From positions 1-49,450 of the IMG/VR virus record IMGVR_UViG_3300010362_000024: 49,450 nt of DNA. One strand, 5' to 3'. Positions 1-9,173 of the stretch are shown piece after piece. The position numbers and the translations under genes are program-made. Each line of letters starts with the position of its first letter. The stretch's first letter is position 1. The DNA comes from a virus (lineage: Duplodnaviria; Caudoviricetes). The notes beneath the pieces are model-generated. The model made no database searches and was not told the DNA's origin. It saw only the letters and a list, made by a program, of their open reading frames with translations.

Positions 1-134
1 GCGGCGTCGGTCACCGAGACAGTCTCGCCAGACGCCCAGGTGACATCCTTCTGCTTGCTGACGCCCAGACGCTCCCAATCCTCGCCAGTCAGCGTCCGCG
101 CATCTGCTGTACCGGTGTATGTGACGTCACGCAT
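1..134 (-). CDS. Small virion-module protein, 5' part; runs off the window edge
   Basis: ATG at 134 overlaps the end of the tail-terminator gene; open to position 1 (MRDVTYTGTADARTLTGEDWERLGVSKQKDVTWASGETVSVTDA...). Probably continues as the fragment at 49385-49450. Confidence 0.6.
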   Translation of the reverse strand, partial: MRDVTYTGTADARTLTGEDWERLGVSKQKDVTWASGETVSVTDA

Positions 135-543
135 CGGTCATCAATCCTCTCAATGTGAAGGTCGCGGTCTTGTAGATTGTCCCGTACATGTCATCCGACA
201 GGTCGCGTGAGTCATTCTGCCACGCACAGGAAACCCCATCGATTGTGCGGACCGGCGCAGTCTGGACATCCTCCCCAGACATCAATGCGAGCCGAACCTT
301 GTCGATCGCATCATCGATTCGCATGAAGTCCCCAGGCTCGTCGTGCACGTGTACGTACAAATCCTGCTCGCTCACACTAGGGTACGGGCCGGTGTAGTTT
401 GCGCCGACTTCCACGATCAAGAACGGCACTTGGTCAGGCCGACCAGTCAGTGAGCCAGCCGCTCTCATGTACTTGGGCGGAATGATGTCAGTGAGCGGCG
501 TGTAGGCTCGCAGTTGTTCGGCCACCCACGTGCGCCAGGTCAT
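127..543 (-). CDS. Tail terminator / tail completion protein
   Basis: 138 aa; last of the head-tail connector genes before the major tail protein in circular gene order; 'PFLIV...YVHVHD...F.RID' pattern typical of actinophage tail terminators. Confidence 0.65.
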   Translation of the reverse strand: MTWRTWVAEQLRAYTPLTDIIPPKYMRAAGSLTGRPDQVPFLIVEVGANYTGPYPSVSEQDLYVHVHDEPGDFMRIDDAIDKVRLALMSGEDVQTAPVRTIDGVSCAWQNDSRDLSDDMYGTIYKTATFTLRGLMTDA

Positions 544-890
544 CGCATCTTCCTCATCAACTTGCGACAGTCGGTCATGAACTCACGACCAACACGATGC
601 ACCGTCGGCACGATGATCCTGTACCGACCTGACCATCTGACCTCAAGCCAGATGCCATACGGCATCGAGTGGTACATGACGATCACAATGCGATCTGGCC
701 GGCTGAAGGCATTGGCGTTCAGACCCTGTCGAGCGTTGCCTGTCCTGTCGGTCCACGGCGCGCCTGACCGCATCTGCGTCACAGCATCCTCAGCATGGTA
801 GTCAGCCAGCGCACTCAATGCCCGCAGCAGTTTACTGGGGAAAGTCTTGAGCCCTGGTGTCAGGGTGTCATACTCCCACTCGACACTCAT
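540..890 (-). CDS. HK97 gp10-like neck / tail-completion protein
   Basis: 116 aa with the 'APWTDRTGNARQGL...YGIWLE' motif; synteny; ATGA overlap with the upstream gene. Confidence 0.7.
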   Translation of the reverse strand: MSVEWEYDTLTPGLKTFPSKLLRALSALADYHAEDAVTQMRSGAPWTDRTGNARQGLNANAFSRPDRIVIVMYHSMPYGIWLEVRWSGRYRIIVPTVHRVGREFMTDCRKLMRKMR

Positions 891-1306
891 GGTGTCACCT
901 CAAACGCCTCGGCGCGTACTGCGTACTGATCCGCCCGGACAAAGACGACCTCCAGTTGCCTGCCCTCTTCATCCCAGAACTGGTCGCCCACCGCGATGTC
1001 CAACGTCAGCATGCCGATCAGTCGCCAATCAGGCACGCACTCCTGCCCCGTCTGCCGCACCCTGACAGGAGCGCGGTCAGCATATGGATAAATGCGGAAG
1101 GTCTGTGCCTCAATGAGCACTGGGTCCACCCAAATCCAGCCGCCAGCAAGAGTGTCCTGCTTGGTGCGCCGCACAATCTCTGCAGTTGTCGGGTGCCAGG
1201 TAATGAACCCCCAGATGCTCTGCGTCATCCAATTGACATCACCGGTGGGCGCAGGCGCGGCCGGCAGGGCGCTGAAGTCATTGTCGAACGCAGATGCGAA
1301 ACTCAT
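887..1306 (-). CDS. Head-to-tail stopper / head closure protein
   Basis: True start MSFASAF at 1306 (TGATG overlap with the collagen gene); 139 aa, beta-rich, 'DIAVGDQF' motif; synteny. Confidence 0.6.
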   Translation of the reverse strand: MSFASAFDNDFSALPAAPAPTGDVNWMTQSIWGFITWHPTTAEIVRRTKQDTLAGGWIWVDPVLIEAQTFRIYPYADRAPVRVRQTGQECVPDWRLIGMLTLDIAVGDQFWDEEGRQLEVVFVRADQYAVRAEAFEVTP

Positions 1307-2766
1307 CAGACGTTCTTCTCCAGTCGCAGGAATGCGAACGACAACTTGTTCTCCAGCAGGGCATTGGAGGCAGCCATCTGACACGTGAATGCGAGCGTCT
1401 TGGCAACGCTCATGTCTTCTGCCGTCGTGAACCAGCCCCATGAACCGGCGCGCGCCAGAGTGTCCATCGTCTGCCAGGCACTCGCGGCTGCGCCAGTCGT
1501 GGCGAACACGAGCGATGCGACGATCTCCTGCGCAGTCGGCGTCACACAGAGGATGTAGACATCCAACAGCCACTTGCGACGGTTGGTCGCGGCCGCCATG
1601 TTGACGCCACCATTGTCAGCAAACGTCGTCGTGCCCAACTTGAGACGATGCTGATAGTTGGCCGCCGAGCCACTGTTGTTGAACAGATCACCACCAGCAA
1701 CCAAATGCAGCACATCTCCTGCAGCAACCGTGCCACCCGGTATGCTGAACGAGTAGTACGTGCGCTCAGTCAAGTCGGTGTTGAACACAACATCCGCAGC
1801 GGTGAAGTTGAGCACATCACTCTGTGCCCCACCAGCGGCTGGCGTCACCCATTGTGTCGCGTAGTCAACACCACTCGACTTGGCAAGAACTTGGTTGATC
1901 GTGCCACCAACAGGTACACCAGGACCGGCTGGGCCCTGTGAACCAGTCGCGCCAGGATTGCCTTGCGGCCCCTGCGAACCAGTCGCGCCCTGGGCACCGG
2001 TGTCACCCTTGGGTCCCTGTGGACCTGTCGGGCCTGGCACTGTTGAGTCCGCGCCTGCTGGCCCTGTAGGTCCTGCTGGACCTTGAGCACCCGTTGCCCC
2101 AGGTGGACCTTGCGGACCAACCTCACCCTTGACCGGAGCAGCGACAACAACATCAGCATTGTTGGTCGGGCTGAAGCCAGCAGGCCCAGTCTCAACCGTT
2201 GAAACTTGTGCGGTGTACCATGTTCCGTGGTCCACCACAGGAGCAGTCAACACAAAGTGCTTCCATGCTCCAGGCACGCCACTGATGTAGATGTACGTAG
2301 GATCGCCAGCAACCAACGAACCAATCCTCAGCGGAGTGACGCCAGTCTGGTCATACTTGGAGAGGTAGACCTCAGTACCACCAACATTCATCTGCACCCG
2401 ACCAGAGCCTGGATCAGTCGCGGTGGTCGTTGTCCGCCATTGGTAGTTGTATTGATCACCAGTGATGCCCGGCTCACCTTGCGGACCAGCCGGGCCTGTA
2501 GGGCCTGGGTCACCTTGCGGCCCTGGCGGTCCAGTGATGACGCCGGCCATCTGATAGAGGTCACTCACCACCGAGCGCAAGTCATCCGCGCCGATGTCAC
2601 CAACGTCATTGTCGGGCAGTCGCGCCAGCAAGTCATCAAGCGGCGGCGTCGTGCCCTCTGCCAAGACGTACAAGTCACCCACGATGGCTCGCAAGTCACC
2701 AGCGCTGATTGAGCCAACGGTGTTGTCTGGCAGCAAGTCCAACATCTCATCAAGAGACATGGTCAT
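1306..2766 (-). CDS. Collagen-like (Gly-X-Y) virion fibre / decoration protein
   Basis: Two Gly-X-Y runs ([22 protein letters not shown]; [19 protein letters not shown]...GSQGPAG); duplicated N-terminal 'LPDN.VG.I.A.DLR' repeat; start at MTMSLDE (ATGA overlap). Confidence 0.8.
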   Translation of the reverse strand: MTMSLDEMLDLLPDNTVGSISAGDLRAIVGDLYVLAEGTTPPLDDLLARLPDNDVGDIGADDLRSVVSDLYQMAGVITGPPGPQGDPGPTGPAGPQGEPGITGDQYNYQWRTTTTATDPGSGRVQMNVGGTEVYLSKYDQTGVTPLRIGSLVAGDPTYIYISGVPGAWKHFVLTAPVVDHGTWYTAQVSTVETGPAGFSPTNNADVVVAAPVKGEVGPQGPPGATGAQGPAGPTGPAGADSTVPGPTGPQGPKGDTGAQGATGSQGPQGNPGATGSQGPAGPGVPVGGTINQVLAKSSGVDYATQWVTPAAGGAQSDVLNFTAADVVFNTDLTERTYYSFSIPGGTVAAGDVLHLVAGGDLFNNSGSAANYQHRLKLGTTTFADNGGVNMAAATNRRKWLLDVYILCVTPTAQEIVASLVFATTGAAASAWQTMDTLARAGSWGWFTTAEDMSVAKTLAFTCQMAASNALLENKLSFAFLRLEKNV

Positions 2767-3071
2767 GCGTCTCTCGCAATCTGCTTGATGAGCACACCAG
2801 AACCCGTCGTACCTGTCCCATTTCCGCCGGCACCAGAACGCCAATAGGTGGCCATCGCCATCGCCTGCTTGCTGAGGTTACTGAGGCTCAGGCTTGCGCC
2901 AGCCTCGCTGGTGTCCACCATATCCGCGTATGATGCGGCCTTGGACTCCCAGATTGTGGCGATAGCGCCCTGGGGATCACTCGCATCCACCAGGGCGCCA
3001 ATCTGCGCATCCGTGAGGTCTGTTTGACCTATGTTCGCACGGACGAAACTGATCTCCTCAGGAGTCGCCAT
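2763..3071 (-). CDS. Head-to-tail adaptor-like protein
   Basis: 102 aa helical protein ('VRANIG...LTDAQI...AIATIWESKAA') just downstream of the capsid genes. Confidence 0.55.
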   Translation of the reverse strand: MATPEEISFVRANIGQTDLTDAQIGALVDASDPQGAIATIWESKAASYADMVDTSEAGASLSLSNLSKQAMAMATYWRSGAGGNGTGTTGSGVLIKQIARDA

Positions 3072-3076
3072 CGCAA

Positions 3077-3427
3077 CTACTCCGCGGGTGCTTCGCTGGT
3101 GCCAGCGTCATCCTCTTCCAGACGTGCCACCATCTCAGCCTTGGTGCCGCTCGTGCTGAGGCCACGCTCACGCAGGGCATCCTTCAACTGCGTGGAGGTC
3201 ATGTCCTCATACTCGCTGAACACCTCCTCACCATCCACCTGGATGGTCGGCCATGACTGACTCTCGTCACCCATGTACTCACCTTCCAGGGTCACTGTCT
3301 CAGTGCCCTCATCGGACTCCAAGGCAGCAGCGCGAGGATCATCCACATCCTCTGGCAGACGACCACGGTCGGCCAGGTAGAGGATGTCCTCATCGCTGAG
3401 GTTGTCCAGGTCGATCTCACGACTCAT
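3077..3427 (-). CDS. Acidic SAP/HEH-domain protein
   Basis: C-terminal 'YEDMTSTQLKDALRERGLSTSGTKAEMVARL' matches the SAP domain consensus; GGAGG RBS. Confidence 0.7.
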   Translation of the reverse strand: MSREIDLDNLSDEDILYLADRGRLPEDVDDPRAAALESDEGTETVTLEGEYMGDESQSWPTIQVDGEEVFSEYEDMTSTQLKDALRERGLSTSGTKAEMVARLEEDDAGTSEAPAE

Positions 3428-3438
3428 GATCAACCTCC

Positions 3439-4641
3439 TCAGGTGTATGACGCAGGGATGGTGTAGGTGCCCGCGGCCGTGATCTGCATGACCGCACCAG
3501 CACCACGCTGCCGCACACCGGTCCCAAATCCGTGGTTGTAGTACGAATCCACCAGCGGATAGTCAGGGTCAGAACCCTTGACCAGCCGCATACCACGCAG
3601 ACTCGCATTGGCATGCTCACGGATGCCGACAGGGTTGCTTGCTCGCTGCTCACCACCGGTCGCAAACCCGATCATGTAGCCAGGAGGAATGTAATCCTCC
3701 TCGATGACGAGCCAGTCGCCATACCTGCCTGCCACGTTCAGGCCCTGGTACTGCGCAGGCGGCTGCGGGCCACCTGCCACCATTGAGCCTGTCGGGATGA
3801 AGAATGGCGGTGAACCCTGGGACGGGATGAAGTCCCACAGCGCGCCCGTTGAGGTCTTGAAGCCACGGATGGTGTTGACCTCTTGCGGATTTGCCAGGAG
3901 CAACATCGTCGCGCCAGTGGCGGCTGAGTACCCATGGTGCTTCAAAGTGTCCAGCAGGTCCTTGAGGTCCTGCGAGTCCACGGTGGCTGCGCCGGAGGTG
4001 ATGTAGTGCTGGTGGGTGCCCAGGAAGGTGTTGTTCTTGTACTGGGGCGGCACCGTGCCGTCCGCGTTGTAGAACGGATACACCGTCACCGCTTGCGTGC
4101 GGATCGTCGCAGTCCTGTTGAGGTTGTTGAGGACGGCCTTCAGGACCTTGTTGAGCATCAGCCGACTGTCGGCTGCGAGCACCTGGTTGTGGAGACTCTC
4201 CACTTGGCCGGCCGATGCCTCAGCGAGGTACATCCAGGTGTACCGCACGGCGATGTCGTACCACTTGAAGTCATATCCAAGTGAGAAGTACGCCGCGCCG
4301 CGAATGCCCTTCGGCACACCATACTCACTGGCCTCTTCAAAGTCGTCCCCAACAGCCTGAGGCACATCCTCAATCGGCTGCGTGACAGGGAATGTCAGAA
4401 GGTTGACCAGCGTGTCGCGGTACCTGTTCTGGATCTGGAGCGATGCTTGGAACTCGCCCCAAATCTGGTTGAGGTCACGACCATCAGCCGTCTGCGTGAT
4501 GACATCACTGACGGCGTTGTAGCCGCGAGCAGAGCCATCCAGGACAGGCACGAGGCCCATCTCCTGCAGCAGTCGGATGTCCGTGTCCTTGTTGAGTGCC
4601 AGGCTCGGCACGTGGACATGGTCATGGGTGTGTGTCATCAT
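3439..4641 (-). CDS. Major capsid protein
   Basis: ~400 aa after scaffold and decoration genes; 'FEEASEYGVP', 'FYNADGTVPP' motifs seen in actinophage capsid proteins; start taken from the ATGA overlap. Confidence 0.8.
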   Translation of the reverse strand: MMTHTHDHVHVPSLALNKDTDIRLLQEMGLVPVLDGSARGYNAVSDVITQTADGRDLNQIWGEFQASLQIQNRYRDTLVNLLTFPVTQPIEDVPQAVGDDFEEASEYGVPKGIRGAAYFSLGYDFKWYDIAVRYTWMYLAEASAGQVESLHNQVLAADSRLMLNKVLKAVLNNLNRTATIRTQAVTVYPFYNADGTVPPQYKNNTFLGTHQHYITSGAATVDSQDLKDLLDTLKHHGYSAATGATMLLLANPQEVNTIRGFKTSTGALWDFIPSQGSPPFFIPTGSMVAGGPQPPAQYQGLNVAGRYGDWLVIEEDYIPPGYMIGFATGGEQRASNPVGIREHANASLRGMRLVKGSDPDYPLVDSYYNHGFGTGVRQRGAGAVMQITAAGTYTIPASYT

Positions 4642-5027
4642 GCGTACCCCTGTCCACATCTCACGACCAGCCGAGTGGCCTCGACGGTCCACCCAATGTT
4701 GAGTAGTCCCGCGCCGCCCGCACCGACCGTGCCATTCGCAAGCAGGGCGTAGCGAGTGCCGGCCACCGTGCCGGTCATCTCCACCACCTCCCCTGCCGTC
4801 ATGACATCGACGATGTCGCCAGCCTTCATGTCACGGGTGGTGCAGATGAGCCCAACCGTGCCAGACGTACTGGCGGCTGCAGTCGCTCCGACCACGACAC
4901 GACCATTGACATCAAGACCGGCAGCCAGCGGGTTGCCATTGCCTGTCTTCTCAGTCGCTGTGAGGTCTGCCGCAAGCGGACCACGGAACCCTCCAACGTT
5001 GGGATCGTACTTGTCGTAACGAGCCAA
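4638..5027 (-). CDS. Capsid decoration / cement protein
   Basis: 129 aa, Gly/Ala/Thr-rich, 'AGDIVDVMTAGEV' motif; lies between scaffold and capsid; TTG start with AAGGGA RBS. Confidence 0.6.
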   Translation of the reverse strand: MARYDKYDPNVGGFRGPLAADLTATEKTGNGNPLAAGLDVNGRVVVGATAAASTSGTVGLICTTRDMKAGDIVDVMTAGEVVEMTGTVAGTRYALLANGTVGAGGAGLLNIGWTVEATRLVVRCGQGYA

Positions 5028-5094
5028 CGTTTGTCCCTTCTTGTGAGTGTTGCCAATATGACGGCGCCCACAGGGCTACGCACAGATATGTGCG

Positions 5095-5874
5095 TCAGCG
5101 CCGCAAAGCAGGGAACTTGTCGCGCAGGTACTCTGTGTCCAACTTGGACGTACCGGCACGCTTCCCTGTTGCCTTTGCAGCAGGTGGCTTCTCGCCATTC
5201 GTGCCATCGTCTGATGGCGGTGTGGTCATCCACTCTGGGAAGTCGGACACGATCTTGTCAACCGCGTCGCTCACCCCTTCGACAGCGCCCCCATCCACCT
5301 CAATGTCATCACGATCAATGAGGCGCATCGCGGACGGCACCCGCTTGGGCTGCATTCCACGGGCCAGCAACTCGTCGCGAATGGCACCGTCGATGTCACG
5401 CTTGCTCAACTCGTTGTTGAGCCGGTCCACTTCATCCAGCGACTTGCGCAGTCCTTGCTCCAACTCCTTGGTGCGTTCATCACCATCAGGGCCGGTGCTC
5501 TTCAGCAACTCGGCCAGGCTGCTGGGCGTCAGACTGCTCAAGTCCTTCTGGAAGTGGCGCGCAACCACGTCCACCAGGCCCTGCTGACGCTCAGCATCCT
5601 GACGGTACTTCTTGGCACGCAGTCGGTGTCGCTTGGCCTCCTCAGACAACTCCTTGACTCGCGCGTCACCGTTGTCCGAGTCAGACGCTGTCGACTCATC
5701 ATCCTCTTCCTCAGGGATGTCAGTGCTGTCCACGTCGTCATCGTCGTCGACATCATCTTGTGAGCCAAACAAGATGGGGAGCCTATGCCCTTGTCTCCAC
5801 ATCCATTGCCGACCGTCTGCCACGAGCGCGGAGCGTAGCGCACCGGCACCGGTGTGCACGATTGCTTCTGTCAT
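5095..5874 (-). CDS. Capsid scaffolding protein
   Basis: Acidic low-complexity stretch, coiled coil ('LSEEAKRHRLRAK') and basic C-terminal tip; sits upstream of decoration and capsid genes; GGAGG RBS. Confidence 0.75.
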   Translation of the reverse strand: MTEAIVHTGAGALRSALVADGRQWMWRQGHRLPILFGSQDDVDDDDDVDSTDIPEEEDDESTASDSDNGDARVKELSEEAKRHRLRAKKYRQDAERQQGLVDVVARHFQKDLSSLTPSSLAELLKSTGPDGDERTKELEQGLRKSLDEVDRLNNELSKRDIDGAIRDELLARGMQPKRVPSAMRLIDRDDIEVDGGAVEGVSDAVDKIVSDFPEWMTTPPSDDGTNGEKPPAAKATGKRAGTSKLDTEYLRDKFPALRR

Positions 5875-6035
5875 CACGGCTTTCCTCCTTGAATCTTCCA
5901 AGTCTTTGGTGGGCCAAGTATGCGCTCTGCTTCAGCACGTGCTTCAGGGACACCAATGAACACCCCCAATGGGTGAGGCACATTGCCCAGCACATACACA
6001 ACTTGCTCCGGCGTCAACTTTGACCAAGCAATCAC
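5874..6035 (-). CDS. Small hypothetical protein (53 aa); candidate partner or immunity protein of the MuF-ART
   Basis: Below the ORF-track cutoff. GTG start overlaps the MuF stop (GTGA) and its TGA overlaps the scaffold ATG; MIAWSKLTPEQVVYVLGNVPHPLGVFIGVPEARAEAERILGPPKTWKIQGGKP. Confidence 0.5.
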   Translation of the reverse strand: MIAWSKLTPEQVVYVLGNVPHPLGVFIGVPEARAEAERILGPPKTWKIQGGKP

Positions 6036-7432
6036 CAGGCCGACCTCACATCCACAACCGCAATCTTCCTTCGGTCAAATACAACTATCTCATCAAAGTC
6101 AGGGAACTTCGGATTTGGCACCAACCGTATGGCATCATAACCACGCTCCTGGGCCAGTTCAGCAACGCGCAGTGAACCTTCCTTGGTGAATGTCAAACCT
6201 TCATCAGCAACCATCTGCTGAAACTCATCCATCGGCATAGGGTTCATGACACGCAACCGAACCTCAACAACATCACCAGACCCAGCGTATGTCCTTGCGT
6301 AGTTCACATCAGATGTGAAGTAATGACCCTTGCCAAGCATACCATAGTTACCAGTCGCAGCACCAATCTTGGTATCATCAAACCCATAGACACCAATGGA
6401 CTCACCACCAGACATAGTCCCATGATACCTTGGTCCTGGTATCGCAGAACCGACAGCCCAATGATCAGCCTCCTCAGTTGACATCCTTGGCTTCCAACTC
6501 GGCGCCTGAGGTGCAAGAAGTGGTTCATCCGGGCCAGATCCAAACTTCATGTTGTCCATCGACGCGTCACTAATGCCATTCTGTTCCATCCACGAGTCAT
6601 ACTTGCCTGTGGAGAGGTTCTCCAAGAATGTCTCGCGGTCTGGCGTGACTGCTGTCACGTAGCAGAGGCACTGTGGGTGAGGCTTGCCCGGTATGTCCTT
6701 GGGCTCGTACACTCCTGGGCCCATGCCGTTGTCAGCGTGCGCGTACTCATCGCATATGTCCGCCCGCGGGTGAGAGCCGCTGAGGTTCCATTGTATGCCC
6801 TCCACCCATGGCTCTGACTTCATGCGGTCGGTACTCGTGCGGTGGAAAGCGTTGTTGATCTCCGTGCGCCCCAACCGCATTGCCGCATATGACGCTCCAC
6901 CAGGCGTGTTCGGGCTGATGAAAGATCGCACAGCCGCCGCAATCTCGCGGGCCGACTTGCCGGCTCCCAAGCCGTTATTGATGATGGCATCGATCTTGCC
7001 TTGGGACCAAGCACGGTTGTTGTACACTGCACGACTGAGTGGAATGTTGTTGAGAGCGCGGCTCACAATGGACTCTGTTGCCTGGGCGGAGGCCTGGAGC
7101 AAGTCATCAAATCCGCCGAGGCCGCCCAGAATGCCTTGGAGAGTCTCGCCAGCATCAATGCCAAGGCGCATCGCATCGTCGAGTTGCTGAGCGACGTTGT
7201 CACTGATGTCACCCCAGAGTTGCGAGTGCACTTGGCGCAGAGCGGCGGCTTGCATCCGATACTGAGCGCGGCGCGCCTGCGCGCCAATGCCTGGGTCACC
7301 CACAATGCGAGCAGCCATGCGCTCTGCCTCTTTGGCAGCATTCATGAGCAGGTTGGCTAGTTCACGGTCATCCGTCCTGATGACCCTCAGGTGTCTCCGC
7401 CAAGCCCTCACTGCCTCTGCGGGGATCGCCAT
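6032..7432 (-). CDS. MuF (SPP1 gp7-like) minor head protein fused to a C-terminal ADP-ribosyltransferase-like domain
   Basis: MuF motifs 'RLGRTEINNA' and 'C...PGKPHPQCLCY'; C-terminal HYE-type ART motifs 'YHGT', 'GKGHYFT', 'ARTYA', 'GYDAI', 'DEIVVFD'. Confidence 0.8.
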   Translation of the reverse strand: MAIPAEAVRAWRRHLRVIRTDDRELANLLMNAAKEAERMAARIVGDPGIGAQARRAQYRMQAAALRQVHSQLWGDISDNVAQQLDDAMRLGIDAGETLQGILGGLGGFDDLLQASAQATESIVSRALNNIPLSRAVYNNRAWSQGKIDAIINNGLGAGKSAREIAAAVRSFISPNTPGGASYAAMRLGRTEINNAFHRTSTDRMKSEPWVEGIQWNLSGSHPRADICDEYAHADNGMGPGVYEPKDIPGKPHPQCLCYVTAVTPDRETFLENLSTGKYDSWMEQNGISDASMDNMKFGSGPDEPLLAPQAPSWKPRMSTEEADHWAVGSAIPGPRYHGTMSGGESIGVYGFDDTKIGAATGNYGMLGKGHYFTSDVNYARTYAGSGDVVEVRLRVMNPMPMDEFQQMVADEGLTFTKEGSLRVAELAQERGYDAIRLVPNPKFPDFDEIVVFDRRKIAVVDVRSAW

Positions 7433-7565
7433 CAATGACCTTCTTGGCCAACTGCACGACCATTTCGTAGCGTGCCTTGGCATCCCTGAAGCCTAGCCAG
7501 TAGGCCAACGCCACGACCACGCCCTGCTCCAAGGCAATGCCTGCGCAGAGCAGCCAGAACGGCAT
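7368..7565 (-). CDS. Small membrane protein
   Basis: 65 aa with a hydrophobic N-terminal segment; overlaps the MuF start. Confidence 0.4.
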   Translation of the reverse strand: MPFWLLCAGIALEQGVVVALAYWLGFRDAKARYEMVVQLAKKVIDGDPRRGSEGLAETPEGHQDG

Positions 7566-7567
7566 TG

Positions 7568-7687
7568 CTACTCATCGTCGTGATCCAGCAGCATGGTCAC
7601 CACCACATACAGCAACTCGTGCCTCTGTTGCCCATTCAGATGCTGAGTTTGTGCGAAGTCATCGATGTCTGCCTCAACCTTGCCCAC
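7568..7687 (-). CDS. Small hypothetical protein (39 aa)
   Basis: GTG-start frame MGKVEADIDDFAQTQHLNGQQRHELLYVVVTMLLDHDDE fills the gap after the portal gene. Confidence 0.3.
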   Translation of the reverse strand: MGKVEADIDDFAQTQHLNGQQRHELLYVVVTMLLDHDDE

Positions 7688-9158
7688 CAGTTCCCGTAGT
7701 TGTTCCACCGGCCACCTCTTGATCGATCCTCGCCCCAGTGACATCCTCGCGTAGTTGTGTCTCGGTCATGATCTGGTCCATCATCTGCGTGTGCTCAGGG
7801 AAGGTGTAGCCAATCTGCTCCAACTCATCCCAACACCACTGGGCGCTGACCAGTTGCGCACCGAACATCTGCATGATCTCGTTAAACCGCTCCTTGCGGT
7901 TTGGCGGTATCTTGCTGGCGTACACCGGCACAAGCGTGGCCTCAAACAACGGCGTGCCCTCATACGCGTTCAGCCACGAGCGTATGTCGTACAGGAAGTT
8001 GTTGAGCACGTCAGTGATCGTCAGTTCCTTCTCCTCAGCCCTGGTGATGAGTGGCGCCAACTCCAGTGCCAGCGCAACACCTGACTCAGCCACATTCACG
8101 TCAACCTTGGCCTTGGCAATCGCGCTCATGCCGAAGGTCTGGTCGATCTGCTCGTGGATGTAGCCCAAGTGATCTTGGTAGGGCGCAACTGAGGAGACAC
8201 CAGTGACACGGTTGAATGAAGTCTCAGGCGGCAACTCCAGCACCTTGGCCGGTCCAACCACCCAATCGGTCGTGTCACCGGTGTTGGGATCGATGGGACT
8301 TCCCGCATCAGTCGTGTACACACCCAGACCATTGAGCACGAGCGTGACATCCTCATCACTGATGTTCTGGTTGATGGACGTCATCAACCTCTCAATGCCG
8401 CGCATCTCACTGCTCCCCCAAATGCTGCCTGTCTCCGTGAAGTTGGGGAAGTGATAGATGGGTATGGTCTGGATGACAGCAGGCAACTCAAATGCCGGCT
8501 GTATGGTCCTCTCCACCTTGCCATCAGGCCAATCCTCTGGCTTCTGGAGAGTCTCTTCCATCGTGATTGGTGAGGGCCCACTGGTCTCTGACACCTTGCG
8601 ATACGTCAGCGTCTGCACGAATGCCTGCCCCTGCTCATCCAAGAACTGCCAAGCCAAGCGCGCGCCGATCCTGATGTCAGGGTCTGCCTCGCTCTGTATG
8701 GGGAAGTACATGCCAGGGTCAATCTCCTTGATGGTGATGCGTGACCCAGGCGGCAAGTCAGGGTCGGCCTCAATCTGAAACAACATGTCACCCCTAATGA
8801 GCCCGTACCTCTTGGCACTACTGAACTTGCTGTAGAACCGCTCCTTGCGACGCAACACCTCCCACACCATGTACAACGCCTGTTGGTCAGCAACAGTGCC
8901 CACCAGCGGGTCAGGCGTGACAGTGAGGCCAGGCGCGAGGTAGCGATGCATCGTCTCAACGATTTGCCGTCCAGTCGGCACGTACACCGCTTGCGTGTCA
9001 CCGCGCAGCACGACCCTGAATGCCGTCGGCATGGTCCAGTAGATTTGCTCATACAACATGTACGAACCAATGCGCCACTGGTCTGCCTGACTTGCCCACG
9101 GGGGCATTCCGCCGGCCAGAAGCGGGATGGAGGTGCTCCATTGGTTGAAGTCACTCAT
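7674..9158 (-). CDS. Portal protein (SPP1 gp6-like)
   Basis: 494 aa directly after TerL; 'IPIYHFPN...WGSSE' and 'AESGVALAL' motifs; GGAGG RBS. Confidence 0.85.
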   Translation of the reverse strand: MSDFNQWSTSIPLLAGGMPPWASQADQWRIGSYMLYEQIYWTMPTAFRVVLRGDTQAVYVPTGRQIVETMHRYLAPGLTVTPDPLVGTVADQQALYMVWEVLRRKERFYSKFSSAKRYGLIRGDMLFQIEADPDLPPGSRITIKEIDPGMYFPIQSEADPDIRIGARLAWQFLDEQGQAFVQTLTYRKVSETSGPSPITMEETLQKPEDWPDGKVERTIQPAFELPAVIQTIPIYHFPNFTETGSIWGSSEMRGIERLMTSINQNISDEDVTLVLNGLGVYTTDAGSPIDPNTGDTTDWVVGPAKVLELPPETSFNRVTGVSSVAPYQDHLGYIHEQIDQTFGMSAIAKAKVDVNVAESGVALALELAPLITRAEEKELTITDVLNNFLYDIRSWLNAYEGTPLFEATLVPVYASKIPPNRKERFNEIMQMFGAQLVSAQWCWDELEQIGYTFPEHTQMMDQIMTETQLREDVTGARIDQEVAGGTTTGTGGQG

Positions 9159-9173
9159 CGGCAGCCTCCATTG

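Noticed and set aside
5079-5094. CGCACA-TATC-TGTGCG hairpin after the scaffold stop, resembling hammerhead stem III
   Set aside because: No preceding GAAA and no following CUGANGA core; it is only an intergenic hairpin.
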